From a virus (taxonomy: Duplodnaviria > Caudoviricetes): a stretch of DNA of 64,000 bases. The notes under the pieces were generated by a model. The model saw only the letters and a list, made by a program, of their open reading frames with translations, searched no databases and was not told the DNA's origin. The translations under genes were made by a program, and so were the position numbers. Shown here one piece after another: positions 36,252 to 45,547 of this stretch. Position 1 is the stretch's first letter. The number at the start of each line of letters is the position of its first letter. Location of the stretch: the IMG/VR virus record IMGVR_UViG_3300037851_000360, positions 1 to 64,000 of that record. One strand, given 5' to 3'.

Positions 36252-37907
36252 ATGGGGTTGGATATCAAATGGTCTTCAGCAAGACGAGTAATGACGAGCA
36301 ATGGCCCGTCATATGTTCGTAGTTGGGTCATACCCGTTCAACTCCTAACGGGCTTCTTTCAGTTCTGGAATGAGAACAAACTTGGTTTGAAACTTGACGG
36401 ATACTCCGTCAGCAAAAACCAAGAGGATAAGTGGCAATTCAATGAATGGAGAAAGCGCCTAACCGACTTCAAGGATTTGGGCTCGTCTCAGCCCGCCAAG
36501 GTAATCACCATTCCAGAAAAAAGTTCGCTCGTTCTTGAGCCATTGCGTTTCCCACAAGGTCTCAGGGAATGGCAACCACCGGTCGTTCAGCAATTGGTGG
36601 CATCGATTAAGAAGTGTGGAGCAGCAATCGACGGCTCGGATACCGGAACCGGAAAGACATACACGGCAGTTGCCGTGGGTCGTGAGATGGATTTGGAAAT
36701 CGCAGTTGTTTGCCCAAAAGCCGTTATCACGGCATGGAAGAGGGTAATTCGCAACCACTTCAAGATGACTCCAATTTTCGTCATCAACTATGAAGCATTG
36801 AAGGGTGGAAAGCAGAAGCACATTGCCACATGGGAAAAGGTAAGTAAGAAGTGTAAACGGGAAACCTTCGTATGGAAGATGCCCAACCCGAAACAAACAC
36901 TCATCATTTTCGACGAGAGCCATCGATTAAAGTCGGGAACAACAATCAACTCCGAAATGGCTCTGGCGGCACACAAGCAGGGATACAACATCCTTTGTTG
37001 TTCAGCAACAAACGCCATCAATCCAATTGAACTAAAAACGGTTGGAAAGATTCTTGGTCTTCACTCTGGCTCTTCCAAGGGCTTTGCTCAGTTTCTTCAA
37101 GAGCATGATTGTGCAAAGGGAAGATTTGGTTGGGAGTTTGGTGGAGACCAAATGGTGTTGAAGAAACTCCACTTCGACATTTTCAAGGAACGTGGTGCTC
37201 GCCTAAAGAAAGAGGAGATTCCCGGATTCCCCGAATGCGATCTTGTCGCAGAAGCCTATGACATGGATGAGCAATCCAAGGCGGATATCAATCAGATTCA
37301 CTTCGACATGAAGCGAGAACTGGATAAGATCAACAAGACCATCAAGAACGAATCTGAGAAGATGGCAAATGCTCTCACCGCACAACTTCGCGCACGACAG
37401 AAGACCGAACTCATTAAGGTTCCGCTCTTTGTTGAAATGGTAGAGGAGGCAATTGAAGATGGAATGTCGGTCGTAATCATCGTAAACTTCACCGAAACGA
37501 TCAAAGCCCTTCAAGAGAGATTAAGTAAATTCGGCGACATTCCTATCATATGGGGTCTCGATCCAAAAAATCGCCAAGCCAACATCGACAAGTTCAATGC
37601 AGACGAGGCTCGGATTATCCTTGTCAACATCAAGGCGGGTGGTGTAGGATTGAGTTTACATGACCTCAACGGAAAATATCCTCGGTTTGCCATCATTTCA
37701 CCCGGACCATCAGCCGTCGAACTTCGACAGGCAACCGGTCGTGTTTGGAGAGCAGGAGCGTTGACCAAGGCTATGCAGAGAATCGTCTTCGTCGCCGGTA
37801 CGGTTGAAGAGGGAATCTGCGAGCAACTAAAAACGAAACTTGATCACCTCGATCAAATTAATGACGGCGACTTATCAACCAACGAATTTTCTATCATACA
37901 GGAATGA
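36252..37907 (+). CDS. SF2 (SNF2-like) helicase
   Basis: DTGTGKT, IIFDESH, CSAT, GGVGLSL, QATGRVWRAG. Confidence 0.88.
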   Translation: MGLDIKWSSARRVMTSNGPSYVRSWVIPVQLLTGFFQFWNENKLGLKLDGYSVSKNQEDKWQFNEWRKRLTDFKDLGSSQPAKVITIPEKSSLVLEPLRFPQGLREWQPPVVQQLVASIKKCGAAIDGSDTGTGKTYTAVAVGREMDLEIAVVCPKAVITAWKRVIRNHFKMTPIFVINYEALKGGKQKHIATWEKVSKKCKRETFVWKMPNPKQTLIIFDESHRLKSGTTINSEMALAAHKQGYNILCCSATNAINPIELKTVGKILGLHSGSSKGFAQFLQEHDCAKGRFGWEFGGDQMVLKKLHFDIFKERGARLKKEEIPGFPECDLVAEAYDMDEQSKADINQIHFDMKRELDKINKTIKNESEKMANALTAQLRARQKTELIKVPLFVEMVEEAIEDGMSVVIIVNFTETIKALQERLSKFGDIPIIWGLDPKNRQANIDKFNADEARIILVNIKAGGVGLSLHDLNGKYPRFAIISPGPSAVELRQATGRVWRAGALTKAMQRIVFVAGTVEEGICEQLKTKLDHLDQINDGDLSTNEFSIIQE

Positions 37908-38254
37908 AGCCAGATACTTATCCAAAGGAAACAATGAAATACACCGCCGAATCAGTGAATTGGAGGCTGGTAATCGACATTGATGAAAACGTGTTCGATG
38001 CTGACACTGCATTTATGGAAGCCGCTACACGCGGAGCAGAGCAAGCATTTCGAGAATACAAGAACAATTTCCTCTGTGGGCCTTACATCGAAGTGTCTTG
38101 TAAGAATGCCCAAGGCGAACTTATCACCAAATACGTCAACGCATTCTTCGTTCTCCTGAATGCCGCCCTCTATAAAAAGGCTGAGGAACTTCGAACGAAC
38201 TTTCAGACTCGTTCTGAAGAAAAGATAGATTTGGCGAAACAGCCATATTTATAG
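37904..38254 (+). CDS. Hypothetical protein; ends in TAG
   Basis: 116-aa ORF; ATGA overlap upstream. Confidence 0.7.
   Translation: MKPDTYPKETMKYTAESVNWRLVIDIDENVFDADTAFMEAATRGAEQAFREYKNNFLCGPYIEVSCKNAQGELITKYVNAFFVLLNAALYKKAEELRTNFQTRSEEKIDLAKQPYL
38245..38253 (+). promoter_or_regulatory. Putative late promoter motif overlapping the upstream stop codon
   Basis: ATATTTATA(G). Confidence 0.55.
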
Positions 38255-38272
38255 ATAGAACTCAAATAGGTT

Positions 38273-38770
38273 ATGTCAATCGGAGGTGTAAAGCGTATTC
38301 TGCTGGAATCCGAGATTCGTGCGGCTCAACAAGTCGGAATCTCTGCAAGGCAGTGCGCCCGCATCCTTGGGGTGCATGTTGCGACCTACAAGAAATACGC
38401 GAAGGCATACGGGCTCTACACACGCGTTCTTAACCGCAATGGCAAGGGTCTGAAAAAAGAAAAATCCGCATTCGTGGGAAAGTATCCTATTGGTGAAATA
38501 TTGGAAGGAAAGCACAACAGCAACTCCTACCTCACCCCCGTCTACGTTTACCGAAAACTGATTCGATCCGGTGTTAAAGAAAATAAGTGCGACATATGCG
38601 GGTTCTCCGAATGTCGGATCACCGATGACAAGTTCCCACTTATTTTAGTTGGCAAAGACGGAAATCGCCATAATTACCACAAAGACAATATTGAGATTGT
38701 CTGCTACAACTGCTATCACAACTTCTACAACGGGTTCGCTGGAAAGCCTACCGCCAAAATAAATGGATAA
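38273..38770 (+). CDS. HTH plus HNH-like (zinc-binding) protein, probably nuclease-dead
   Basis: SARQCARILGVHVATYKKYA (HTH-like); CDIC...LILVGKDGNRHN..DNIEIVCYNCYH. Confidence 0.65.
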   Translation: MSIGGVKRILLESEIRAAQQVGISARQCARILGVHVATYKKYAKAYGLYTRVLNRNGKGLKKEKSAFVGKYPIGEILEGKHNSNSYLTPVYVYRKLIRSGVKENKCDICGFSECRITDDKFPLILVGKDGNRHNYHKDNIEIVCYNCYHNFYNGFAGKPTAKING

Positions 38771-39224
38771 CCAAGACCACTACCAGATTCTATTAGAAAA
38801 CGCCCGAAAAGAGATTGAGATTTACAATCGCGGTCTTCAAGCCGTTTTGGAGAAGAAGCGTGTTCGTGACGAAAAGCACGCCAAGTTCCTTCGCATAATC
38901 AACAAGCAAGTGAAGAAGTGGAACACGGGCAAGGAAAAGGCGGAAACAAGAATTAAAGAAATTGAAGCCTTGATGGCGTCGGAGAGAAAGACCGGAGAAA
39001 AACCGGTCATGTCGCAGGAAAAGAAATTCCCGATATACTCACCCGCAAAGCCTGAAATTCTATCTCTCCCTGTGATGCCAGAGTCAGACGTAAAGGTGCC
39101 GTTCGATGTAGTAGACAATTCGGCACAAGAAGCGGTATCTGTCAAGAACGAGGCGACCGGTGAGGAAGTTTCACTCACCGAAGAAGAACTTCGTCAATTG
39201 GAAGATTTGGCGAAGGAAGATTGA
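38763..39224 (+). CDS. Hypothetical coiled-coil protein
   Basis: 153-aa ORF. Confidence 0.7.
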   Translation: MDNQDHYQILLENARKEIEIYNRGLQAVLEKKRVRDEKHAKFLRIINKQVKKWNTGKEKAETRIKEIEALMASERKTGEKPVMSQEKKFPIYSPAKPEILSLPVMPESDVKVPFDVVDNSAQEAVSVKNEATGEEVSLTEEELRQLEDLAKED

Positions 39225-40277
39225 TTACTTGTAGCCAAGTGCCTTCTTGATATCATCAATTGCACGCTTTTCTTTGATATCAAAAGCCTTCGACAATTCG
39301 TCTTTAAGATCGCGAATTGTGCTCGTATCTTCCAACTGCTGAATTTCGTCTACCATCTTCTTGAGGGTACCATCTTTCAAGTCATGGAGTTCTGATTTTA
39401 CGTGCCCTGCCATCTCAAACACACGTGGTAGCATGGTTGCAATAACCCGACCGAAAAGAGCAGCGATTTGCTCAAATACACTGAAGATGGCACCGATGAT
39501 TGGATTCGACGCCGCACCAATTCGTAGAATGAGGAATAGAACACCGAAGCCTGTCAAGAGCCACATTGCGTTACGAACAAAAATCCAGACACCGTGCTTG
39601 ATAGCATACCATCCCCACGCGCTGTCGAATTTCTTCAACTCTGCCTTTAACTCATCGACTTCGATTGTTGATTGGGCGAGATTGTCGGTAATGGTGTCGA
39701 TTGACTTTCCCTGTTCTAGCAACTTCATCTTCAACTCTTCAACCTGCTTGATGAGCAATGCCTGATCCCTCTCCGATTTTTCTTGTAGTTTGATGTATTC
39801 GGAGTCGAGGTTGGCGAGAAGTTTGGCACCCTCTGAATTTCTGGCAGCGAGTTCGGCGTTGGCGACCTTCAATTGTTCTCCGGATACTCGCTCCTTTACC
39901 AAGTCGGATACGAGTTGATCAACCGCCGTATGAACTTGATTCTTTTCTTCAATGTTTGGATCGCCTGCGAGACTCTTGGTTCTGTCGTTCATCTGCGTTG
40001 CCACAGTGACGGCAGCGCCATCAACGGGAGGAAGTGATGCCGTGTTCACCTTATCAAGTGCATGGTCGGTTCCTTCAGCATACACACCAATAGCGTCGAG
40101 TTTCTTTTCGTTGTTTTGTGCAACGACTTGCTCGGCAGCGTTCAATTTATTAACTTGTGTAGTCGCCTGCTTCGTTCCAGAATTGCTGCTCTTGATGAAC
40201 TTAGGAACGAGATTACAGGATGTTGTAGTCAATGCCACAAACATCATGAAGACCATTATTGCTTTCTTGAATTTCAT
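39225..40277 (-). CDS. Lipoprotein with long coiled coil and C-proximal transmembrane segment (unimolecular-spanin-like topology)
   Basis: MKFKK + hydrophobic stretch + LTTTS-C21; TM segment around AMWLLTGFGVLFLIL. Confidence 0.6.
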   Translation of the reverse strand: MKFKKAIMVFMMFVALTTTSCNLVPKFIKSSNSGTKQATTQVNKLNAAEQVVAQNNEKKLDAIGVYAEGTDHALDKVNTASLPPVDGAAVTVATQMNDRTKSLAGDPNIEEKNQVHTAVDQLVSDLVKERVSGEQLKVANAELAARNSEGAKLLANLDSEYIKLQEKSERDQALLIKQVEELKMKLLEQGKSIDTITDNLAQSTIEVDELKAELKKFDSAWGWYAIKHGVWIFVRNAMWLLTGFGVLFLILRIGAASNPIIGAIFSVFEQIAALFGRVIATMLPRVFEMAGHVKSELHDLKDGTLKKMVDEIQQLEDTSTIRDLKDELSKAFDIKEKRAIDDIKKALGYK

Positions 40278-40280
40278 AAC

Positions 40281-41294
40281 TTACTTGGTTGCGTGAAAGA
40301 TGGATTCCCATACTGGCACGGTCTTTTCCAAACCAGCCTTGTTTAGTTCTTCCCAATTTCCACATTCTGCCAGTTTGATCATGTGGTCGATTCTTCTTGC
40401 GATTGACTCACGGATTTGACCGGCGTTGATATTTCCTACCTTGGCAACTTTCACTGCCTGTTCATTTGTGAAGCCTTTTTTCATTCCCGTTGCGTTCTCA
40501 CGAACGTCAATGTTGTGATAGATTGACTCCATAAGGTTGACGAGTTCCGTCAACTTGTGCTTGTAAGGGCAGTCAGGAAGACCACAGTTTTCAAATGCTT
40601 TGCGAAGACGATCCGACTTGTCAGCGACCGAGTGAATCTCAGTCATATCAAGACGATTCTTTTCGCCAAAGTTTTCCTTGTTCTCTTCTCCACTGATGAT
40701 GGTGTGGTCATCCTTCACGGTGTGCTTCGTCGTTCCTGCAAATTCTTCTTCAAGAGGAGGAGTTTCCTTCTTGTTTTCTTTGTCGTGGGTGTAAGCGGAA
40801 ATGGTCCATCTCTTACCCTTCATATCAGAAGTTAGACCTTTTCCGAGCATTTTTGCCCCGCCTTCTTGGATTGGTGATAATGGAGCCGGGCTTGACAATC
40901 CAATTGCTGACACGCATACCACATTGGCTGTGTCTCGGTCGGCATCAGGAAATTCAGGAGTTCCACCGATTTTGCCAGAATATTGTTGGGTATCTTTGAA
41001 ATTTTCATCCGCTTCCTTCCCGTCTTTCAATTCATCTGCCAATCCAGCACGTTTCATTCCGCTGTAGTACTTTGGATTTTCCTTGAGGTGATCGAGGGCA
41101 ATCTTTGCAGCCTGACGGGGGTCGGTCGTGTGTTCCATCTCGACCTTGATTCCCATGATAAGTTCGTTCTTATCAATCTTCAATGCGGCAACTGGCGCGG
41201 CAACAACTGGTGCTGCTGGCGCTTGAACTTGTGCCAAGCCGGGCGATGACAAACCCAACGAGTGTATTTCTGTAAAGAATGATTTGAATTTCAT
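40281..41294 (-). CDS. DUF5661-like protein with capsid-targeting-like leader
   Basis: MKFKSFFTE; ELIMGIKVEMEHTTD...IALDHLKENPKYYS. Confidence 0.7.
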   Translation of the reverse strand: MKFKSFFTEIHSLGLSSPGLAQVQAPAAPVVAAPVAALKIDKNELIMGIKVEMEHTTDPRQAAKIALDHLKENPKYYSGMKRAGLADELKDGKEADENFKDTQQYSGKIGGTPEFPDADRDTANVVCVSAIGLSSPAPLSPIQEGGAKMLGKGLTSDMKGKRWTISAYTHDKENKKETPPLEEEFAGTTKHTVKDDHTIISGEENKENFGEKNRLDMTEIHSVADKSDRLRKAFENCGLPDCPYKHKLTELVNLMESIYHNIDVRENATGMKKGFTNEQAVKVAKVGNINAGQIRESIARRIDHMIKLAECGNWEELNKAGLEKTVPVWESIFHATK

Positions 41295-41296
41295 GA

Positions 41297-42409
41297 TTAC
41301 TTCTTCTTCATCTCCCTCATGATGGAACTGATTGATTCAATTGAGCGACCTTGTGTTCTTTGAGCGACACCGTTTCGCATGATTTCAGCAATGGAGTCTG
41401 GAACTACTTGTTTCTTAGGTGTCATTCCACGAATGATGGAAGCAATCTCATTGACGTTTACTTTGTCGTCTGGCAATTCTTCTGATCTGTTGATTCCGAG
41501 CATTTGTAGTCCTGAGTAATAGTTTGGGTTTTTCTTAATGTTGGCAATGGCGATCCTCTTGGATTCGTCTTTGTCTTGGTCGAATCGACGAGACATTTCG
41601 TATTTGATTCCGATGAACAATTCATCCGGATCAATACCGGGCTCTTTGAGGTCTTCTGGCTTGATCGAGTCATATGGTGCCCAACCCATCACCGTATTTC
41701 CGTTCATCGGTATTTCTCTCGATCCGAGAGTAGATGAACCAGCAAATTTGTTTGGATTCTGTCTTACACCGGGAGAAGCAAATGTTCCGAACGCACCCAA
41801 CGGAGCAACGGCACCACCGGCTGATCCATATCCACCGGAACTTCCACCATATTGACAGAACTCTTTCAAAACAGCCTTCTTCCAATCCTTGTCGCTATAG
41901 AGAATCTTGCTGAATGCAAGTTCCTTTCCTACGAATCTTTGATCCCCGACAAACTCATCTCCCTTACCTTTCTTTAGGTATGCGATGGTTACGTGAGGAT
42001 GATAGTCAGTGTATGAATTCTTCCAATTGACGTTATCCTTGATCAAGCCATTCAATTCATGAAGGTCTTCTGACTTGACTTCGATCTTGAGAACGTCGAA
42101 TTTCTCATTTCTGAATTTGGATACGACGCCGAGAGAAGCGGAGAGTGGAGTTTCAATCTGACCGATCAATTTCTTGACCTGATCCTTTCCGCCATTTTCA
42201 ACTCCATACAATACGGTGATGTGGGGATCATCTTCACGCCCCTTAATATCATCCTCTTCATCGACGTAAATGTAATCCTCGGGGATAGCCTTAATGAATT
42301 CCATCAACTCTGGAAAGTGTGGAACTCTAACCATTACAGTTTCCTCGAACCCTTCAGCACCCTCAGTCAAGAGAGCCTTCATCATTGATCTGTAGGTTAC
42401 GTCTTTCAT
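41297..42409 (-). CDS. 2H phosphoesterase (T4 gp57B/Acb1-like family) fused to a degenerate DUF5661-like domain
   Basis: Two HxT motifs: PHITVLYG and YHPHVTIAY; C-terminal ELFIGIKYEM...IAIANIKKNPNYYS. Confidence 0.8.
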   Translation of the reverse strand: MKDVTYRSMMKALLTEGAEGFEETVMVRVPHFPELMEFIKAIPEDYIYVDEEDDIKGREDDPHITVLYGVENGGKDQVKKLIGQIETPLSASLGVVSKFRNEKFDVLKIEVKSEDLHELNGLIKDNVNWKNSYTDYHPHVTIAYLKKGKGDEFVGDQRFVGKELAFSKILYSDKDWKKAVLKEFCQYGGSSGGYGSAGGAVAPLGAFGTFASPGVRQNPNKFAGSSTLGSREIPMNGNTVMGWAPYDSIKPEDLKEPGIDPDELFIGIKYEMSRRFDQDKDESKRIAIANIKKNPNYYSGLQMLGINRSEELPDDKVNVNEIASIIRGMTPKKQVVPDSIAEIMRNGVAQRTQGRSIESISSIMREMKKK

Positions 42410-42723
42410 CCTAACAAAATGTCTCTCTTTGGTTGTGGCTGTTCGTAAATTCCCATACGTCCCTTGAGCATTCTCAATGCTGCCTTTGGATTCATTCTTC
42501 CGGCGTTAAACCCGATGATGCCATACTTTGCACAGAACGATTCCAATTCTTTCAAATCCTCTTCCGGCCATTCGTTTACATTGGTTCCCGGAGGAGCGAT
42601 GAACGCGTTGCGTTCCTCCGACCGTTCTTGCTCTTGCCTTTTTTTAGCAAGTAGCATTGCAACCGGATCGAAGGTGGGCTGCTTGAAAAAACTCATATCA
42701 CCTGTGTTGAAGGTAGACGACAT
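42406..42723 (-). CDS. Hypothetical protein
   Basis: 105-aa ORF, 4 nt from a late motif. Confidence 0.7.
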   Translation of the reverse strand: MSSTFNTGDMSFFKQPTFDPVAMLLAKKRQEQERSEERNAFIAPPGTNVNEWPEEDLKELESFCAKYGIIGFNAGRMNPKAALRMLKGRMGIYEQPQPKRDILLG

Positions 42724-42727
42724 ATCC

Positions 42728-42736
42728 TATAAATAT
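42728..42736 (-). promoter_or_regulatory. Putative late promoter motif ATATTTATA
   Basis: 4 nt from ATG. Confidence 0.6.
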
Positions 42737-42756
42737 GCCAAGGCAAGAGATTACAC

Positions 42757-42788
42757 AACAAAAAACCCCGGTATTTCTACCGGGGTTT
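42757..42788 (-). terminator. Intrinsic terminator after the fibre gene
   Basis: AAACCCCGGTA-GAAA-TACCGGGGTTT followed by TTTGTTG. Confidence 0.9.
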
Positions 42789-42813
42789 GATGTGATATTC
42801 TATCCCTTAGTTG

Positions 42814-45027
42814 TTATGGGAGGAAGGTTGCGATTGCAACTCTCTTCCAAGTCGATCCACGCTTGAAGTAAACGTAGTCGTCTGCGATTCTGATTTCACC
42901 GGTGATACCAGCGTCAGATGCGCTGATAGGTGCGGTTGCTGTCGTTACCAACACTCCGCTTGCCGTTGCTGCCGTGATGGCATACGATGCGGTTGCGAGA
43001 GGGTTGAAGTTCTGCGCGAACGATGCTGTGACCGAGAACCATGCGTATGAGGCAGTGTCAGCGTTCAAGGCGAACGATGCAGTTCCGGCAAACTGACTTG
43101 CGGCAGTGATACCAGATACATTGGCGTAATCAACATCCAATGCAACTTCAGCGGTCAAGGCATACGATGCTGTTCCTGCGAACTGGCTTGCAGCGGTGAT
43201 ACCGGCGACGTTTGTATATGCTACATACGATGCGGTTCTTGCTGTTTCCACGTAGGAAGCGGTGTTTGCGTCGATTGCGGTGGTTGCCCACGATGCAGTT
43301 CCGACAACATTTCCGAGAAGCGATCCCGTTACGCCACCGTTTGCGGTCAACGGACCAGAGACCAAGAGCGATCCAGAAACATAATCCACAGACGAGGTAA
43401 TCGTCAAAACGTGGAGCGTGTCAACCTGAATTGCCGAAGCGGTCAAAGTCGTCAACGTTACATCCTGACCAATCAAGTTTGCTACGGTTTGAGCCGAAGA
43501 CGAAACGATACTTGAACCCTGAAGGTTTACAAGGGTCTGTGCAGAAGACGAGACAATGTTTGAACCCTGAAGGTTTACAAGGGTCTGTGCCGACGATGAC
43601 ACAATTCCAGAACCACTCAATGCGCCGCCGATATCAACGTTTGTTGCGTAGGATGCTGTTCCTGCGCGGAGTGCGTAGGATGCTGTTCCTGCGAACTGGC
43701 TCGTCGATGTGATGCCTGTTACGTTGGAGTAAGCAACGTTCGAAGCGGTCTGTGCGGTCTGAACGTAGGATGCGGTTCCTGCTACGAGAGCATAGGAAGC
43801 GGTTTCACCTACAGGAACTCCGTTGATGTAGAGAGAACCGGTGATGAGAACCGAACCGGTGAACTCGGATACGTCTGTGAGAGAATCACCAAATACGTTC
43901 GAGCCTGCGCCACCCGTTAGAGTGATGGAACCCGAAACGTTAAGAGAACCGGTGAACTCGTGAACGTTTGCGCTGGTCGAACCTGCGATAACGTTGCCAT
44001 TTACATCGGCGTTTCCTGTTACTGCGACATTTCCACCTACAGAAGCGTCACCCGATACGGCGACAGCGGATGCTGTGACCTGACCGAATGTTACGTTGCT
44101 TGTTCCGGAGAATGCTACGCCGCCGCCGTTTTCAAGTTGTGCGGAGGATGTTACGATGTTGGCAGGCTTGCTTGCTACGTTTGCCCACTGAACATACGAT
44201 GCCGTCTGTGCCGTCGTTACATAGGATGCTGTGAAAGCATTTACTACATACGAAGCGGTTGCAGCGGTGATTGCGTATGATGCGGTTGCAAGAGGATTGA
44301 AGTTTTGAGCGAACGATGCGGTCAAAGCATTCAATGCATAAGAAGCGGTTCCGGCAAACTGGCTTGTGGAAGTAATTCCAGTTACGTTGGAGTAAGCAAC
44401 GTTGGAGGCTGTCTGAGCCGTTTCAACGTATGATGCTGTCTGAGCCAACGAAGCATTTGATGCCCAAGATGCGGTTCCAACAACGTTACCGAGGAGTGAA
44501 CCGGTCACACCACCGTTTGCGGTCAATGGTCCTGTGACCAAGAGTGAACCGGAAACATAGTCAACCGATGAAGTAATGGTTAGAACGTGGAGGGTATCTA
44601 CCTGAATGGAAGATGCCGTCAACGACGTTAGTGTTACTGTCGTTCCAACGAGGTTGGCAACCGTCTGTGCCGAAGACGAAACGATGCTTGAACCTTGGAG
44701 GTTAACAAGTGTTTGCGCCGAAGACGAGACGATGCTCGAACCCTGAAGGTTTACGAGAGTTTGTGCAGAAGAAGAAACGACGCTCGTTCCTTCGAGAGCC
44801 GCACCGAGAACGGTTGGGCTGACGTAGGATGCCGATTGTGCCGTTTCAACATACGAAGCGGATTGTGCGACCTCGACATACGAAGCAGATGGTGCCGTTG
44901 CGGAAGCAACAAGACCACCTGTGCCGTCAGTTCTGACGAGGAGGTTTGAACCGCTTAGAACGGTTTCAACGAAATTGGAGTTTGCTCCATTACGTTGCGT
45001 TAGTACGATATCATAGGGATTAGACAT
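42814..45027 (-). CDS. Fibre-like virion protein with TASYA repeats and large internal duplications
   Basis: A ~100-aa block and a ~36-aa block each occur twice; C-terminal GEIRIADDYVYFK...WKR motif. Confidence 0.75.
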   Translation of the reverse strand: MSNPYDIVLTQRNGANSNFVETVLSGSNLLVRTDGTGGLVASATAPSASYVEVAQSASYVETAQSASYVSPTVLGAALEGTSVVSSSAQTLVNLQGSSIVSSSAQTLVNLQGSSIVSSSAQTVANLVGTTVTLTSLTASSIQVDTLHVLTITSSVDYVSGSLLVTGPLTANGGVTGSLLGNVVGTASWASNASLAQTASYVETAQTASNVAYSNVTGITSTSQFAGTASYALNALTASFAQNFNPLATASYAITAATASYVVNAFTASYVTTAQTASYVQWANVASKPANIVTSSAQLENGGGVAFSGTSNVTFGQVTASAVAVSGDASVGGNVAVTGNADVNGNVIAGSTSANVHEFTGSLNVSGSITLTGGAGSNVFGDSLTDVSEFTGSVLITGSLYINGVPVGETASYALVAGTASYVQTAQTASNVAYSNVTGITSTSQFAGTASYALRAGTASYATNVDIGGALSGSGIVSSSAQTLVNLQGSNIVSSSAQTLVNLQGSSIVSSSAQTVANLIGQDVTLTTLTASAIQVDTLHVLTITSSVDYVSGSLLVSGPLTANGGVTGSLLGNVVGTASWATTAIDANTASYVETARTASYVAYTNVAGITAASQFAGTASYALTAEVALDVDYANVSGITAASQFAGTASFALNADTASYAWFSVTASFAQNFNPLATASYAITAATASGVLVTTATAPISASDAGITGEIRIADDYVYFKRGSTWKRVAIATFLP

Positions 45028-45081
45028 ATCAGTGACTTATGGTTAAGGTTGTATAATAAATAACTGGCAAGGTGAGTAAAA

Positions 45082-45474
45082 TTACGACAAAATCAATGTA
45101 AGGTCGTAAATCTTCAAAGGGTCTTCAACCGGTCCGGCACCAGAAGCGGTAATATTGCCTACCAACTTGTCTTCTTTCCCTTGGTTGTTGATGAATGGAA
45201 CTTCAACATACCAAACTTTTGATGTGTTCACACCTTCGCCGTTGCCACGATACTCGGTCTTGATGATGTTGAACGGAAAGCCGAGTTGTGATGCGGTCTC
45301 CAAAATCTTCTTCACACCATTCCAGTATTCATCCTTGAAAAAACCGGTAGTTAGGTTGTGAAGTTTGGAGTAGGCAAATGTCTTTGCCGACTGTTTGGAA
45401 CGGCCGTCGAGTTGGTTTTTCACGGCAGGTTCTTGGTTTTCATTCAAATCTCTAAAAAAATCTCGATATTTCAT
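45082..45474 (-). CDS. Hypothetical protein with capsid-targeting-like leader
   Basis: MKYRDFFRDLNE. Confidence 0.7.
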   Translation of the reverse strand: MKYRDFFRDLNENQEPAVKNQLDGRSKQSAKTFAYSKLHNLTTGFFKDEYWNGVKKILETASQLGFPFNIIKTEYRGNGEGVNTSKVWYVEVPFINNQGKEDKLVGNITASGAGPVEDPLKIYDLTLILS

Positions 45475-45490
45475 GGTTCGGTTGCCTAAC

Positions 45491-45499
45491 CATAAATAT
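45491..45499 (-). promoter_or_regulatory. Putative late promoter motif ATATTTATG
   Basis: Recurrent motif; divergent partner CTATTTATA at 45525-45533. Confidence 0.55.
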
Positions 45500-45547
45500 A
45501 GATGCTTAGAAAGATAATTGCATCCTATTTATACATGACGACAAAAT

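Noticed and set aside
38252-38275. Two in-frame TAGs linking 37904..38254 to the HTH-HNH gene (possible read-through fusion)
   Set aside because: The first TAG is simply the end of the late motif ATATTTATAG, the downstream gene has its own promoter motif, and in-frame spacing has a 1-in-3 chance.
28660-44170. Invertible segment bounded by the shared fibre module in 27461 (+) and 42814 (-)
   Set aside because: The DNA copies differ at most third codon positions, and no recombinase or perfect inverted repeat is present.
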